This document shows positions 1-13,659 of a DNA stretch of 64,000 nucleotides, piece by piece; within the stretch, counting starts at the first letter, position 1; every line of letters starts with the position of its first letter. The position numbers and the translations under genes were made by a program. Under the pieces are notes generated by a model, which was not told the origin of the DNA, did not search any database, and saw nothing but the letters and a program-made list of their open reading frames with translations. Origin of the DNA: Vicugna vicugna (Eukaryota); assembly GCA_013265495.1 (NCBI GenBank), contig MU058781.1:7607009-7671008 (forward strand). Direction: 5' to 3'.

Positions 1-1834
1 CGTTTAAGATATTGTTGGGTCTTTTTTCGACATGGAGAAACTAAAGCTATCAAAGGTATTCATGATTTAACCAATGTCCCAGGAAACACCGGAGGTGCAC
101 GAAGCTATAAGAAATTGGTTCACGTCTTCACGGGTTAATCTTCCCTTAAGAGAAGACATTATTCCCTCTCTTTATTTATATCTGTCATATCTTGCTTTTG
201 ACTTGACCAGGCTGACGAAAATAATGTCTCTTAAGTAACTGATAGACTGTGAAATTAAGTTCAAGAAATCAGATCACTTGAAGGAGCAATCCTTATCCTT
301 GAAATCCACCCTGCCATCACAGACACAAAGAGATCTGACTTTGAACTCATCCATCAGTTTTGTTTCCTCTATTTGTTTTTGCAGTTGGTGGAAGAAACTG
401 GTGGTTTTGAGATTGGCAAGGAAAAGTTCAAGTGAAAACAAAGCTTTCTTGCAGGCATTTTTGCTGGCAATAGTGTCCTCTCCTCCTTTGAGTCCTCAGT
501 GCATTCCTTAGTTCTGCAAATATTTTCCTTTTGAAGTCTTCTCACCAAAACTGTCAGTAGAATTTATGACAAGTGCAACTTGTTGGAGACAAGAACAGTT
601 TCTTTATTCTGCACCTGCCAAATATATTGCTTTTTTTTATCTGGGCATTTGTAACCATTGGTGGTTCCAACTTTGATGCTGAAATGAACTAGGTTCCATG
701 TTAAAGGAAGTTACCTATTGTCTGTTGACAGAGGTGGCTTCTTATCATCTCACATAATAAAATTTAACAGGCCATTTATTGTGCGCACTATTTATCTGTC
801 AGATGTTTGGTCACTATGTGTTAGACTTTTTGTTCTGAGTCATACAGAAATAATACGAAGTTATTATTGTCATCATTATTAAATAGCTTCAAAAACAATG
901 TCAGAGTAATTAAAAAATAATTAAACAGGTGACTGAAAACCACACAGAAAATTAGAATTTAAATCCAAGAAAGTCTTAATTCAAAATCAGCATTCTGTAC
1001 AGTTGCCCTCTCACTATAAATGCTCTCTGAATGTGTTTCACTCAGGCTTTAACTTTTCAAAATACAAAGTTTATACTAATCACAGTTTGCAGATCTCTGG
1101 ATCAGAGTCACTTTATAGTGCTTACATTCCTTCCCCTTTCAAGGAGAACTGAAAATGCCAAAACTCATGGAGCTTTACCCAGGATTGTACTAGGTTTTGT
1201 CAGTTTTGCAGGGAGCTGCATTTGGGCTCTTACATCATCTGAAGTGTTCAAATTCAGTGCTGTAATTCAGGAACCAGTGAAAATAAATCGGCAAGTCTTA
1301 CAGCAGGGCTTGCATGCGTTATTTTTCAAAACACAAAGAAAAATCATTCCTTAATATGATTGGCATATTAATGAGATTAGGCACTTTATTTAGACTTAAG
1401 TGATTCTAAGCATTTTCTTTTTAATATTTTGTAGAATTTTTATAGATATTTGAGAGAATTTCATCTTCCATGGTTGATTTTAATTTAAATAACATCTGTT
1501 ATGTCTACCTCCATTTTTCTTATACTCCATTTTCCTCTTGTTCCATTTTTTTAATATACCTTATTGATCCAATAAGAATGATATGGAGCTTATATAAAAA
1601 TGTCTATCAGCTAGAATCAACACTTGCCCAATGTAGTTTTCTTTTTAATTTTCATCGAGCATCCTGGATCTTGGATACACTCACAGGATAATAAAGAGGT
1701 CTATATGCTGTTTTAGAAATATTTTATTTCTGCTAATTTTTCTAACCCTTTTCCAGGGATATATATACAGCAAACATGTAAGTCAAATTTTCTGAATTCT
1801 GAGTATTGTCCTCTTTCAGTCCATGTTGCAATTG

Positions 1835-2200
1835 TTCATTTAATTAAGAGCTATTTTTGAGTGCCTTTTGTGTCTGCCAGTACATACCGTAACAGGCACT
1901 GAGACTATGGCAGTGAAATAGATAAAGCCATTTGGGTCACCTGGAAATCACAGGGCAGGGAGGAAGACAGAGGGAACCTGAAGTCACCAATGTGGTGAGG
2001 ATTACCAAAGGGGAAAGATGGCATTTTTTGAACCAAGGACAGAGGGCTTAATTTGGTCTGGAGGATTGGAGGATCAGCAGCATCTTCCCTGAGGAAGTGA
2101 CATTTGTGCTGAGAAATAAAGGAATTGGCCAGTTGGGAAATGGCTGGGGAGGGACAGTCAGGCTTTCTAGGCAACTTGAACCACTTTGTGAGAGACTGTA
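1835..2200 (-). mobile_element. LINE-2 (L2) 3' fragment, ancient
   Basis: TTCATTTAAT..TATTTTTGAGTGCC..GGCACTGAGACTATGGCAGTGAA and TTCCCTGAGGAAGTGACATTTG resemble the antisense L2 3' end. Confidence 0.6.
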
Positions 2201-2488
2201 AGGTGGGAAAAGAGGCAGAGTCTTTCCTTGTCTGGAGTTCATTGCCAGTACTCTGGACATACTTTAGAAGTTCTTTTCACCAATGTCGAAAACACACTTT
2301 AAGGAAAAAACTTTTGCTTCTGTATTTCCCACTTCCTATATTTTGGTGATTTTTTAACTCTTGACTAAGAATGGGGATGAAGAGCCAGAAGAGGTTCCTG
2401 CAGTATTAGCAAGAAGGTATTTCAAGGGAATTTTAAGGGAAGAGGAATCATTTATTCTTTACTAAATGCATTGTGATAAGTCCTCCTT

Positions 2489-2645
2489 TTAATTTAATAC
2501 ATAATATAACTCTATGAGGTCAGTAGTGTTCCTGTTTTTATGGAGGAGGAAACCAAGGCTTGGGGAGGGTGAGTTACTCATTCTGTGTGAAGTAGAGCCG
2601 GAATTCAGAACCAGGTATCTCTGACTCAGAAGCCCCTCTTTAATG
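2489..2645 (-). mobile_element. MIR SINE
   Basis: Antisense MIR core GGAGGAAACCAAGGCTTGG..GTAGAGCCGGAATTCAGAACCAGG..CTGACTCAGAAGCC. Confidence 0.7.
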
Positions 2646-2899
2646 CCCCCACACATAGCAGAGGCACGGAAGTGGCTTAAGAAGAGCATGTTTGTGAACA
2701 GGGATAGTTCAGTTTCATTGAAGATGAGGAAAGCACACAGAAGATAAAGCGGGAAGGTGAAACATGATAAAAGAAGTGTACAAACAGATGCAGTGGAAGT
2801 CGTTGGCCATCCACTCAAAGCCAAGTTCCTTTCCGAATAGGTGTCTTCCTAACATCACCACCCCATGCTGAGGAATCTGACCATTCCTGGCAAAGAGGG

Positions 2900-3200
2900 C
2901 TTTGTATTTCTAAGGATAATTTCAACCCCCTTGTCAGTAATTGGTTCAGCAACATAGACCATAGCCAGTCAGCATTCATCTTCCCCAGCCCACTGGGATG
3001 TTTTTAGCAATGACATATGACCCACCTCAATGGACATGTGACTCAAGTGGGGCACTGAGATGGCAGGAGGGAGTTTAGGATCATCTGAGAAAAATATTTA
3101 TTGACTAAAAAAAAAACTACTGGAAGATATATGAGGTCCAGAACTGCCATAATGATTTTACCACCAGCTTAGAGGAGAACCCCACTGAGGTGAAACATCA
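2900..3200 (+). mobile_element. MaLR LTR fragment (MLT1J/K-like)
   Basis: GACATATGACCCA, GACATGTGACTCAAG and GAGGTCCAGAACTGCCAT motifs typical of old MLT1 LTRs. Confidence 0.4.
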
Positions 3201-3274
3201 TAACTTTTAGTGGGAAACATAATGTCAATGTCACAAGGTAGTTAACACCTCCATTACTTGAATCATCTGGTACC

Positions 3275-3462
3275 TTCTAATCCTGGGTCTGGCATATACT
3301 AGCAGGTGGCCATGAACAAGTTATTTAACTTCTCTAAGCTACTGTGGTCTCATCTGTTAAATGGGGATATTGATAATACCACCTCATAGGGTTTTGTGAA
3401 GGAATAAATGGATATACGTCTCCTAGCATCTGACACACAATAAATGGTAGTTTTGTTATTAT
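3275..3462 (+). mobile_element. MIR SINE
   Basis: CAAGTTATTTAACTTCTCTAAG..CTCATCTGTTAAATGGGGATA..CCACCTCATAGGGTTTTGTGAAG matches the MIR core and 3' part. Confidence 0.8.
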
Positions 3463-4845
3463 AACTTAAGCCACAGTGAAACCTTTATGTTTCTGACAAA
3501 GGAGGAAAAATTGGTGGCTGTATTTGAGTTTAAGGATTTTAACAAAGTATCAAATATTTAATAAAACAAGTCATGTTTCAGTATAGATTTTCTATATTTA
3601 CTTTTATTTACTAAGACCCAGAGTCAGGGAATTCATCATTTCCCAAGATTTGGGGCAAGGAAGAGAATCAGTGTGAAACTGATCATGATAATATAAAATT
3701 ACTAACCTGCGTCAACTGGAATTGATATACAGCTCAAGTGTTATACTTCACAGCACCTCTGACCAGGAGGAAAGGGGGCTTTCCATAAAATCAGATTAAG
3801 TAAGAACTTAGGCTTTAGCCTTTTTCTGATTCTGGAGATCTGCTGTCAGTTCCATAAATCATCCAGGTCGGAAGCAATCAGACTAAAACTAACATATGAA
3901 ACAGTGTGGTTCTCTTCATTGTCAGCTGGACCCAGGAACAAGGTATTCAACACCATGTGCCGAAACTGAAAGAGCAGGAGGAACACATTTCACAGACTCC
4001 TACCAGCAGAGGAAGTTTGCATATTTATTCTCTGATTTAACGATTGAGATTTCTTCTGTCACAGAAAGACAGTTATTAGAGGAGAAGGGGCAAGCTACAA
4101 ACATGTACTACTTTTAAATCTATTACGAATTTACCGATGGTTCTTCATCTTGGCCCTGAAGAATGGTTTGATAGCGATGAATGTATATATTATCAAGTTT
4201 TCAGTGGGGATAATAGGATACAATAATATGAACATTTTAAAAATTGTTTCTAATCTTCCTAGCATAATTTGTCATTTAATTTTTATGTCTCTAGTAGTGG
4301 CAGAAGTAAAAGAAGCAATCATGATTTTTATTACTAATTTTTAACAATAATTATCATAAAACCAGGGGTTAAACCTGTTTCTCCTTTAGGCTGGGATTCA
4401 CAGGAGAGGTCGGTGCCCACTGGAGCCATAGGCCAACTCAAGGCATTGGCAGATAAGATATACAGGTGGCAGATGTGGGGAGTATGAAATGTAGAAGAGA
4501 GAAGTCAGAAATAGAGAAAGCAAGGAAAGAAAGGTCAAAGTCAAGCAAGAAATACAATGAACTATATTCAGGTGTGAGTCAGGGGTAGCGCAGCTTGCCA
4601 GCCGTCCATCTCTGCCCTAAACGAGCTGCCCATTCCATGAAAATCTGGGCTACCTGTACTGATAAGTTCAATATACTTTGCAGAGAATGATCATTGTTTT
4701 TATCTTGCCAAATGCAATTCTGAATATATAATTATGGGTACCCCCTGCCCCCCGGCCAGGGCCTAGCAATCTAAGGGGTTTCCTGAACCCACTGCTATTA
4801 GCATCAAGCTTTATGAACCTTTGGCTAACCCTCAGCCTGTTCTTG

Positions 4846-4858
4846 GTTACCTAGCAAC
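4846..4858. promoter_or_regulatory. RFX X-box motif (candidate)
   Basis: GTTACCTAGCAAC fits the X-box consensus GTNRCC(N0-3)RGYAAC; motif match only. Confidence 0.35.
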
Positions 4859-4992
4859 GAAGTAGGGCAGAACCAAGATGCTTAGCGAAACTTTTATCCG
4901 GTAGTATTGTAAAAACGAGCTGTACTCTATGTGAGACAGTCTCTACCTGCTCAGGACCTCCTGCCTAACAAGTCCTCATACTGTCTTTAAAG

Positions 4993-5135
4993 CAGTGATT
5001 TTCAGGGGGGGATTCTGTACCGTATAAATCAGATTCAACTGGCTTGCTTATCAAATATGCAGATTCCTGGATTCTAACATGCTGGCATGGCACTTACTTG
5101 CCTGCACTTTTGACAAGCGCTTCAGTTAATACGTG
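4993..5135. mobile_element. MER5-type hAT-Charlie MITE remnant
   Basis: CAGTGATTTTCA start, ATGCAGATTCCTGG and CTGCACTTTTGACAAGC motifs. Confidence 0.45.
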
Positions 5136-6469
5136 AACAGAAGCTTTCTCTCAGTCCTCCTTCCACCCAACTGCTCTTGCCAGATTCGCTCTTAGGTGGC
5201 TGTCAACTTGTCTTTGCAGAGGTGTTCAAAATAATCACGATGTTCACAAATGCTACCTTAAAGGAATGACTCCCCCCTCAAAGATACTTGCATTTTTGAA
5301 GTGGTCTCCAAGAAGATACAATGTCTTTCCTGATGAGAAAGAAATTAATTGTAGTATGAAAAGAAGCTAATATGTGAATGTGTGATATGGAAATGCTCAA
5401 ATAATAAGATAATAATTATAACAGAATTGTGAAACATTGATTTACTATGTGTCAAATTCATTGTGAGTATTATTGCTAACTCTTAGTACAAATCATGGAA
5501 GAAATACCCCATTTTCACTGAAGAAAGAACTGAGGGTCCATAGTGGTAAAATGCTTTGTTCTAAGACTGTACATTTGGTAGATTCCTAAGTCAGAATTTA
5601 AAGTTTCAGTTGTTTTGGTCATATGGTTCAGTCTCTTTCCATTTAGACCATACTTCTTTCTGAAAAAACAGCCTTCCGATACAAAGTATGCGTTAGACAC
5701 CATCCTTAGAGAATTCCTGTGACATCCATTTGGCTAAAGTTGCTGAGAACCCTAATTATTTTTATGAACGATTAAAGCATTTTACATGTTTCTAGACATT
5801 AATAACATTTCGCACTGCAGGTTGGAAATATGTCATTTTCATTACTACCCTGAGACTTTCTGCACCCAATTCTTAATTTCTGCTACTTTGGTTTCATTTC
5901 TGTCATCTTTCAAAGAGCCACCTGTCTGAAATTATTTTTTTGGGTCATTTGCATTATTATGAGTTAACTCCAAAGAAAGGTTATAGGCTTTCAGAGATGT
6001 ATAGAAAGTGTGGTGACTTACTTGTGTGATTTTAACTTACTGGCTAGAGAATAAACTCCCGGAGCTTATCAATTTGTTCTGTTGGTTTGACATTTAGTTG
6101 AAAGTTTTTGCTACTCTGTTTCTCAGGGAGCACAGTCTCTTTCCTACAGTCATCTCTCAGATATTTTTGGAGAAGACCTTCTACGTGCTAATTCTAAATG
6201 CATTTATCCACCTACTTTAGTTTTAGTTTGTTTTATTTCCCTTTTCCCCCAGCAAGGGCAGAAATCTAAAAATCAAACTGATTAGATGTGTTTTGGAACC
6301 TTAGACAGCAATTTGGTTAAGCTGAACATTACTTTACTTAGACGTGACTTGAAAGATTTGGAATCCTTCTGAACTGGCAAGTGTTCGTTAAGTAGCTATG
6401 TGGAGAGAGGCCGTCACTTTGCATGGAGTTAAGTCAAATCAGTGGATAATGATGCTCTTCCTTGGTACA

Positions 6470-6966
6470 TTCATAATATTTGCTGCTTGTCCTCAGATGC
6501 ATTCCTCTTCACTCTCCTGTCCATTAGGGAAGAGCAGATGTTAAGCATTTCCCAGTCTGTCTGGCAGCCACCCTTTGGCTGTGTTTAGCCAACGGTAGAT
6601 ACAGACAGGACTTTGTAAGAGGTGAAGAAAGAAAAGAAGCCAGTTATTTTTAATCCCTTCTTCTTTGCCGCAGATGGGTTCTTGGGCATTGAATTCATAC
6701 ACTACACATTGCTAACTCCTAACCAGCCACACCTCCTATGATTCCAGCTTCTACCAAGTGACCCTGAACCTGTGGGCTCAGGGGACACCATCTCCCCGCT
6801 TTGTCTCTCCAACCTGGGAGTGGGAGTGGCTTCCTACTGTTGGAATCTCTTGGGTTACCTGTCTCTTGTTTGGTATGCTTGGATAGCTGTCGCTTGTACA
6901 ACTAAGGCCCTGAGTGTAGATATCTGAACTTGGTTTTGTTTTTCTGGTTAAACCTTGACCTCTACA
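6470..6966 (+). mobile_element. ERVL solo LTR (LTR33-like)
   Basis: CATTTCCCAG..TTTAGCCAACGG, GGGAGTGGCTTCCTACTGTTG..CTCTTGGGTTACCT and a terminal ..ACCTTGACCTCTACA. Confidence 0.55.
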
Positions 6967-7679
6967 CTTGTATGCTCATAACATTCATTATAGCACTAAT
7001 AACATGTTAAGGGTTATTTTAGTGCCTTGTAGTGACAACCTGGAGGAGTATTGACAAAAACTGCAACAAACCTAACTATTGTCTGATGTTGAACTACAAT
7101 TAATTATTGAGTATTTGCTATTATGTATTTTTGAATAAGTAGAAGAAAATATATCTTGCTGAAAGGATTTTTTCAGTTGCCATTCTACCACATAGTAACC
7201 CTCTCTACTTAAAGGAACTCTTTTGGAAGAAAATAACAGTGGTTTGGGGGAGCTTTTTGTTTGTTTTTTATAGTGTTCAAGATTATTACTTCATCTAGTA
7301 AAAAAAAAATTTCATCCAGGTATGTTCCAAATTGTAATTTCCCATGAAAATCTCTTAAATTTCTAAACCAACACAAATACAGACACCTTTCAAAGGTTTT
7401 CATAGCATCAACTTTATAAGATTTAAACTAGTATATAAAAACTTCTTCATCTTTATCAAAAAATATTAATAGTATATTTTGTGTATTTGTACCAAGTACA
7501 AGAGAGAATTACATTTACTTTTATACACATGATAGTTTAAATATAAGAAAGCTAACCAGAGATTTCCAGTTTGGCTGGACACTCCCCTCTCAGTCAGCCA
7601 GGGGTACTCCTGGGGGAAACCATTCCTAGCCCTGGTCCCTAATTGTTACACAGACAAAACTGGTTTTCTTTAAACCCTG

Positions 7680-8073
7680 TTTCCTTTTATTCCTGCTTGC
7701 ACAAGTAAATCATATTTACAGCTTTCATGCAGATAGATGAGGTCATGTGTCTGAATTGTGGCTACTGGAATGTGGGAGAAAGTGATATATGTCTCTTATA
7801 GTCCTGATTCCTAGAAACTTCCTGGTATAGTCTCCACCTGTGCTTGATTTTCTTTCACTTTGCCAAAAGCAAATGATTTGATTGAAGAATATGAGATTCT
7901 TAAAGGTGGCAAGCTGTGAACTGGGTTCCTGAATGACTGTGTGGAGCAGAGTGGCCCATATTTCCCAAAGACTGCCATGTATTGGACTGTGATGTGTGGA
8001 GAGTTTTGCTTTTACTGTGTTATGTCACTGAAATTTCAAGGTTAGAGGAGCAAATGTTTACCTTGACTAGTAC
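7680..8073 (+). mobile_element. MaLR solo LTR (MLT1J-like)
   Basis: GGTCATGTG..TGGAATGTGGGAGAAAGTGAT, CTGGGTTCCTGAATGACTGTGTGGAGCAGAG, TGTGTTATGTCACTGAAATTT, terminal CCTTGACTAGTACA. Confidence 0.7.
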
Positions 8074-9634
8074 ACAGATAAAGTCAGCACTGACAGAACG
8101 AAGTTTCAGAAATATACTATTAATCTCTTTGTACTACTTTGGTCATCCTTTCCTCTCTTTTCCCTACAATTTTCCAAGGTTCATTCTAATATGGAAAAAT
8201 GGGCTCTGTTGAAATATAAATTAACTAAGGCCTGCTGCCAAAGGTTTGTCTTATGTTGTGCCTTGAGGATTTAAGTTGTATTTTATTTTTCATAACTATA
8301 ACAAGAAACCTTTTGAGAGTGAAGCATTGGGAGCAAATAACAGGGACTTGCTCCACCTCCTTGCCAAGCTGGACATAAGACTTCCTTTGTGTTTATAGCA
8401 GTGGGGCCTTCCTAAATGTGCCATCAGTCTCCTCTAGGAGGGATAATCTGCTCTTTTGCAAGAGGAAAGGCATGAGGGAGCTCTTTTCATGAGGATCTTA
8501 AAATAATCAAGGATTGGCAGGACAATGAGGACAGAATTAGGAAAAAGAAATAGGTGCAGGATATTTAATGATCTTCTAAGGCCAGGGGCATTCTAAAGCC
8601 AGTGGACCAAATGAACTGTGCAGGGAGATCCCCTTGTAGGTATTTAGGACCAACAGCTGGACGAAAGGACCTATCTCATACTTGTTCCCGTGCTTCCCTA
8701 ATAGTTGACTAACCACTATGTGAGGACTTACCTCTGGTGTTCCAAGTCCACTGTATATCAAGTGGATCAGTGGGGGAGCAAATGAGCCAAGATTTTGAGA
8801 GTTGGAGTGATCTATGCCAGTTATTCTTGAAACTAAATCAAAAGACAGTGAATCCTCTATTGCTTGGCAATTTTTTGAAACTGTATCCTAGGCTTGGATG
8901 TGTTATATTTTTATTGATGTCCACTCTTTAGCGTTCTTAGCTTATCCCAAGTGAAATATGGAACCCAGAGCTCTAATAATGCAGTTCCCACTGCTATCAA
9001 ATGTTCTGTATGATGAGCGTAAATTCACCTTCTCTGTGTATGGTTCCTTCTACTATGTCGTCATGCTGACTTCAGAATGGCATCCTGGCACAGCAGAAAG
9101 GAAATCATCTTTGAAGTTAAAAAAAAAATCTCTGTTTGGCTTTTGGGAAATGTACTTATCCTCTTTTGACTTCTCTCCTCTCTGGGCTACCTACATTATG
9201 GAAGTGTGACTAGGATGAGACAACATACGTGGACACACCTAGCATGTTGCCTGGCACATAGCAGGCACTCTGTAAATCTGTAGAAACTATGCAATGATAT
9301 CTTCTAAAAAGAAATGGACCTTGGTGTTTCTGTATCCAGGGAGACCCGGGGGAACATCTGTTGTTCCTAATACAGGTGTAGCCCTGCTGTTTTTCTCATC
9401 TACTCAGGGATTTAACTGTCTTCTCTTCAGAGCTCCTGTAGGCCTGAAAGCTCCAGTAGTCGAGGAGGAGTGTAGGCCCTCATGTTCTCTGGTATTATGA
9501 GGGCTCCATGCTTCACACCTTGTCCTGAAACTAACCCCCAAATAACAGGGATTTAATTTTCCAAACTCTGATCCAGGAACAGCCATTCTCTCTTTGAATC
9601 TTTACAGTAACCTTAAGGAAAAGGTGTCTGATCT

Positions 9635-10269
9635 TGCTTTGTGTTGGTCTCAGCCTATCAACAGTGACGCGATGACTAGGAGGGTCTGGGGGCACCTACC
9701 TGGGCCCATACTCCCTGTAGTGAGTCCGCACAGATGGTTTCCTGATCGGACCAGAGCCAACCAGTGTTGTGGCTGGACTGGCCCTTGTGGTTCTTATTAT
9801 CATTGCAAGATGTACCTCAGCAACAAGCATCTGGGAACTTTGAGAAAACATGATTTATTACTCACAATTCTTAGATGGCACACAGCATGCCCGGGGCCAC
9901 ACAGGGAGGTCCTAGGTAGAGAGAGAGAGTGTGTGAACCTGGGTTTTGCCTTTGTTGGGTTCAAAGGTGAGGTGCCTAGGAATTTCATGGGCTTACTCTT
10001 TACTGACAAATGTAAAACATAAGAGTGGGCACTAGGGCGTGGGAAGGGAAAACCAGAGTCACTTAAGAGGTCGGTAGCCTAGGCTGCCTGGAGCTTTCTG
10101 AAAGGGGAACTTCACCAATGGGTGGCCTGGCTTTTGATCTAGTTGTGTAGCTGGCGATAGGTTTATTCCAGATGGGCATCTTTACAAGGGATGCGTCGGC
10201 AATCGAAAGCTTGATGTCAGGCACTTATATCACAATCAAAGAAGTTTATTGTGGGGCACTTACTCTGCA
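9635..10269 (-). mobile_element. ERVL-type solo LTR (MER74/MER88/LTR53 group) inserted into a MIR
   Basis: TG...CA ends with a near 5-bp TSD GATCT (9630-9634) / AATCT (10270-10274); GATTTATTACTCACA (antisense polyA signal) and CACAGCATGCC..GGGGCCACACAGGGAGGTC; flanks 9594-9634 and 10270-10370 rejoin into an antisense MIR. Confidence 0.65.
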
Positions 10270-10468
10270 AATCTTCATTTGATAGATGAAGAATCTGAGA
10301 ATCAGAAAGTAACTTGACCAACTCCTTGGAGCAAGTCAGGGCTTTATCAGGAATTCACAATCAGGACTTCTTTCATCATATGACTTACATATCTGATGTA
10401 ATTGTCTCATTTTTCCAAAATACTCTTCCTCTCTCCCAGAAAAGGCAAGCAGAAAGGGATAAATTTAT

Positions 10469-10533
10469 TTTCCTTCCTTCCTTCCTTCCTTCCTTCCTTC
10501 CTTCCTTCCTTCCTTCCTTCCTTCCTTCCTTCC
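10469..10533. repeat. (TTCC)n microsatellite, about 16 units
   Basis: Direct inspection. Confidence 0.97.
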
Positions 10534-10999
10534 CCTTTTCAGTCTTTATATTATTGGAAAAAAACCAAACAAAACAAAAAACCCCCAGAACATTATCTCT
10601 GTGTCTCTGGAATATTTGCAACTCTCTGACACACCCTGAAGACAGTGCTCATTTTCCTTATTCTGGTTCAAAATGTCATCCTCAGAGCTACTCACGACCG
10701 CTGGGCATCATAGTTCCCCTGCCTCTACGAAGAATGATCTCTCATCACAGTTACCTTTATCCAGAAACACTACAGCAATTTCCACTTAGTACAGTAAGTT
10801 ATGACCAAGAAAAACAAATGACAGTCTTTTAATCATCTGAATAACAGTTTGGCTGAAGATAAGCATTTTATCCATTTCTCACAACTTCGGTGTTATTACT
10901 GAAAGGCCAGTACAGTTTTGAACATAAGGCTGTTGCATGTAAGATATTGGGTGAAAAGATACAAAAATGCATAAATCAAAATCTATGTTGATGAGGACA

Positions 11000-11520
11000 A
11001 CGTGTATGTAATAACACAAGGCAGTGTATAAGTAGTTGTCCGAGGAGACGAATGAACAGTAAGGGAGAGATCAAGTGTGATGAGGTGGGGGAGAGGTCCT
11101 CCTGGAGGAAGGGAACTTTGAAAGGTGATTAGGACTTGAAAGCAGAAGAGCGGTTAAGGAGACTGATCTAGACCTGAGAGAAGAGTGTATACAGAAGCAC
11201 AGAGGAAAAATATGTTCAAGGAATGCTATAGAAACTAAGAAACTAACCTCACCAGAGAGAGAATCAATTTGGGCAGAAAGGAGAAATTAGTTCTTAAGTC
11301 AGCAGAAGTTTGTACAATGTGGGATGTTAAAAAAAAATGGAGTAGGAAAATTGGACTTTATCCAGGTGGGTGAGAAAACTCCAGGGATTCGAAATAAGGG
11401 ACCATAATGAAAGGGTTGTTTAAGAAAGGCTAAAGGGCCAAAGGAAATAGATATCCGAGGAAGAATGATTTGTTAGGAATTATTTCAGTTTTCCAGGAGG
11501 AAATGTTGAGTATCTGAAAA
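11000..11520 (-). mobile_element. L2 fragment
   Basis: Purine-rich, with TCCTGGAGGAAGGGAACTTTGAA and TTGGACTTTATCCAGGTGGG antisense L2 motifs. Confidence 0.45.
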
Positions 11521-13659
11521 AGCAAAAAGAATGGAAGAGGTTAAAAAACAAACGAGCAAAAACCCCAGCACTGTTAGACCTAAAACAGTAGGAAGAAACA
11601 TCATTTGGAGTTAACGGTTGAAGAATTATGGTCATGGATGTGAACTGGGGCTCGCATCAGAATCTTCTGCAGGGCTTGTTGAAACACAGATACCTGGGTC
11701 CCTATGCAGAGTTCTTCCTCCTTATGATAGAGAGTCCCAGGGGCCAAGAAGACCCGATGATTCCATAGGAAGCAGGATTGTGCATCTGACACTTAATGTC
11801 AGACACCACACTGTATATTTTGCATTTCCTGTGATGAGAGCAGATGTGTGGTAAAGTCAGGGGGTACTGTATTCATACTCACTAAATCTCACATGTCATT
11901 TGAACATACAATACCGTAAACACATTTCTTTTTCCAAACACCAGTTGCTGCACCTACACTCTCTTCCTGAGGTCAGAACAGCGACTTAACAATCTGTTGC
12001 TCAGGAGTGATATACTATGTATTTTCCAAAATTAACCAGAATGAGAACTTCTGGGGTATATAACTCAGCTTTCCCCTTCCAACATGTGCGTAGTTTCCTT
12101 CATCTGCTATTACGCACTTTGGACCCGTAGGGATGCAAATGACACAAACGAACAGCTGCTTGCTGCAACCCAGATGGTCACGTGTGGAAACAAAATGGGA
12201 TGGAGACACAGAAGTAATAGCATAAGAAGTAGGTGGGAACTACTGAAATTCTACTTTTTTCTATTAATATCAAGTGAAAGGTTAATTATTTCCATCTGTG
12301 TTCACTTAATGGCGAGAGTTAATCTCGAGGGCACAGAAGAAGCTTTCAGCAAAATTCCACGATTGCTTATTCCAAAATAGGACAGGATGGTGATGGAGTG
12401 TGTGCTGGAGAGCATGATGGAAACAATCAAGAGGCTTTAGTAAAACTCTGCTTGCTTGGGATACATGGTCAAGTTTGTAGGAGTTTGCGAAGAGAGTAAA
12501 GAAAGAATATGCTCTGTCTTCTTTCTCAGTATTGAACCCTGATAAAAACAACAGACAGTCTTTTGGTTCCTAGATGCTGTCCTCTGAAATCCACAATCTT
12601 TGAAATTAAAATAGAAAACCCATTCCTCTGTGCGCAGCATGAATCCTGTTTAACATGGGTTATCTAAAGATGTCATGTATGCTTATAGTTTGTAGACATA
12701 GCAATATTTACAATCTTTCTGAAGTTTGCATAATCATGTTTTTACCTTTCTCTCTAAGAAGTCCTTCCACATGGCACATTATACATATATAACATCTTCA
12801 TTTATAATACCATGCTTAATCATCTTTCAGTAACTATGAAGAGAGAGACGTGTGGGTTTACTGTGGTGGGCACTATGGTTTTGTAACTTACAGGTTCACT
12901 TGCTGGAGAGCTATGAAGCTCATAAACGGCAGTTAAAATTCAAGAGCATGATATTTCATCTGCCCCTTCATTAATATAAAAATCAAGGTTGCTCTGTTGC
13001 CAAGCTCTGTATTTTTTTACAGAAACATCTAGGGCCCAATTATTTTGTAAGTAGTTACATAAAATAAAAAGAATAGCATACTCCGTTGTATGGTGGTGTT
13101 TAAAAATACGAGACACAGGAAATAAAAGAGGCCTATAATACTTCTATAGCAAAATAAACATTTGGCTCCATTTTTAGAAATCAAAAGAAAAATTTTTCAG
13201 TAAAATTTACTGAATAATTAAAGAAAACCATGAAAAATTGCTAAAGGGCCAAAAAAAAAAGGTAAGAACAAAATGATTTGCCTTGATTCTATTACATAAA
13301 AATATTTTAATTACATATTTTTCTTATTATAAAAGTAAAGCATTATCGTAGACAATTTGGAAAAGAGCCCAAAACATAAAGAATAAAATAAAAAGACAAT
13401 CAGTGTTAACATTTTGCAGTATTTTCTTAGTCACTTCTTTACACATTAAATATATATATACACACATAGTTACATATGTGTACTCAAGATATGCTCCTTT
13501 AATAAAATGTAGCATTATTAAAAAACCAGTATGGGGACTACTGGTTTATCTAATGATACAAGGCAGTAAAAAGAGATGGTTGTACACAAGCAGGTGATTG
13601 AATAAGATCTAATATAAGAGTTTGATCTTGTTCTCATAACTTTGTTCTTCTTGCCTGCT

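Noticed and set aside
9594..10022. 142-aa ORF
   Set aside because: Lies within a solo LTR and MIR and has no coding hallmarks
10314..10832. 172-aa ORF with LPSF repeats
   Set aside because: Produced by the (TTCC)n microsatellite and MIR sequence
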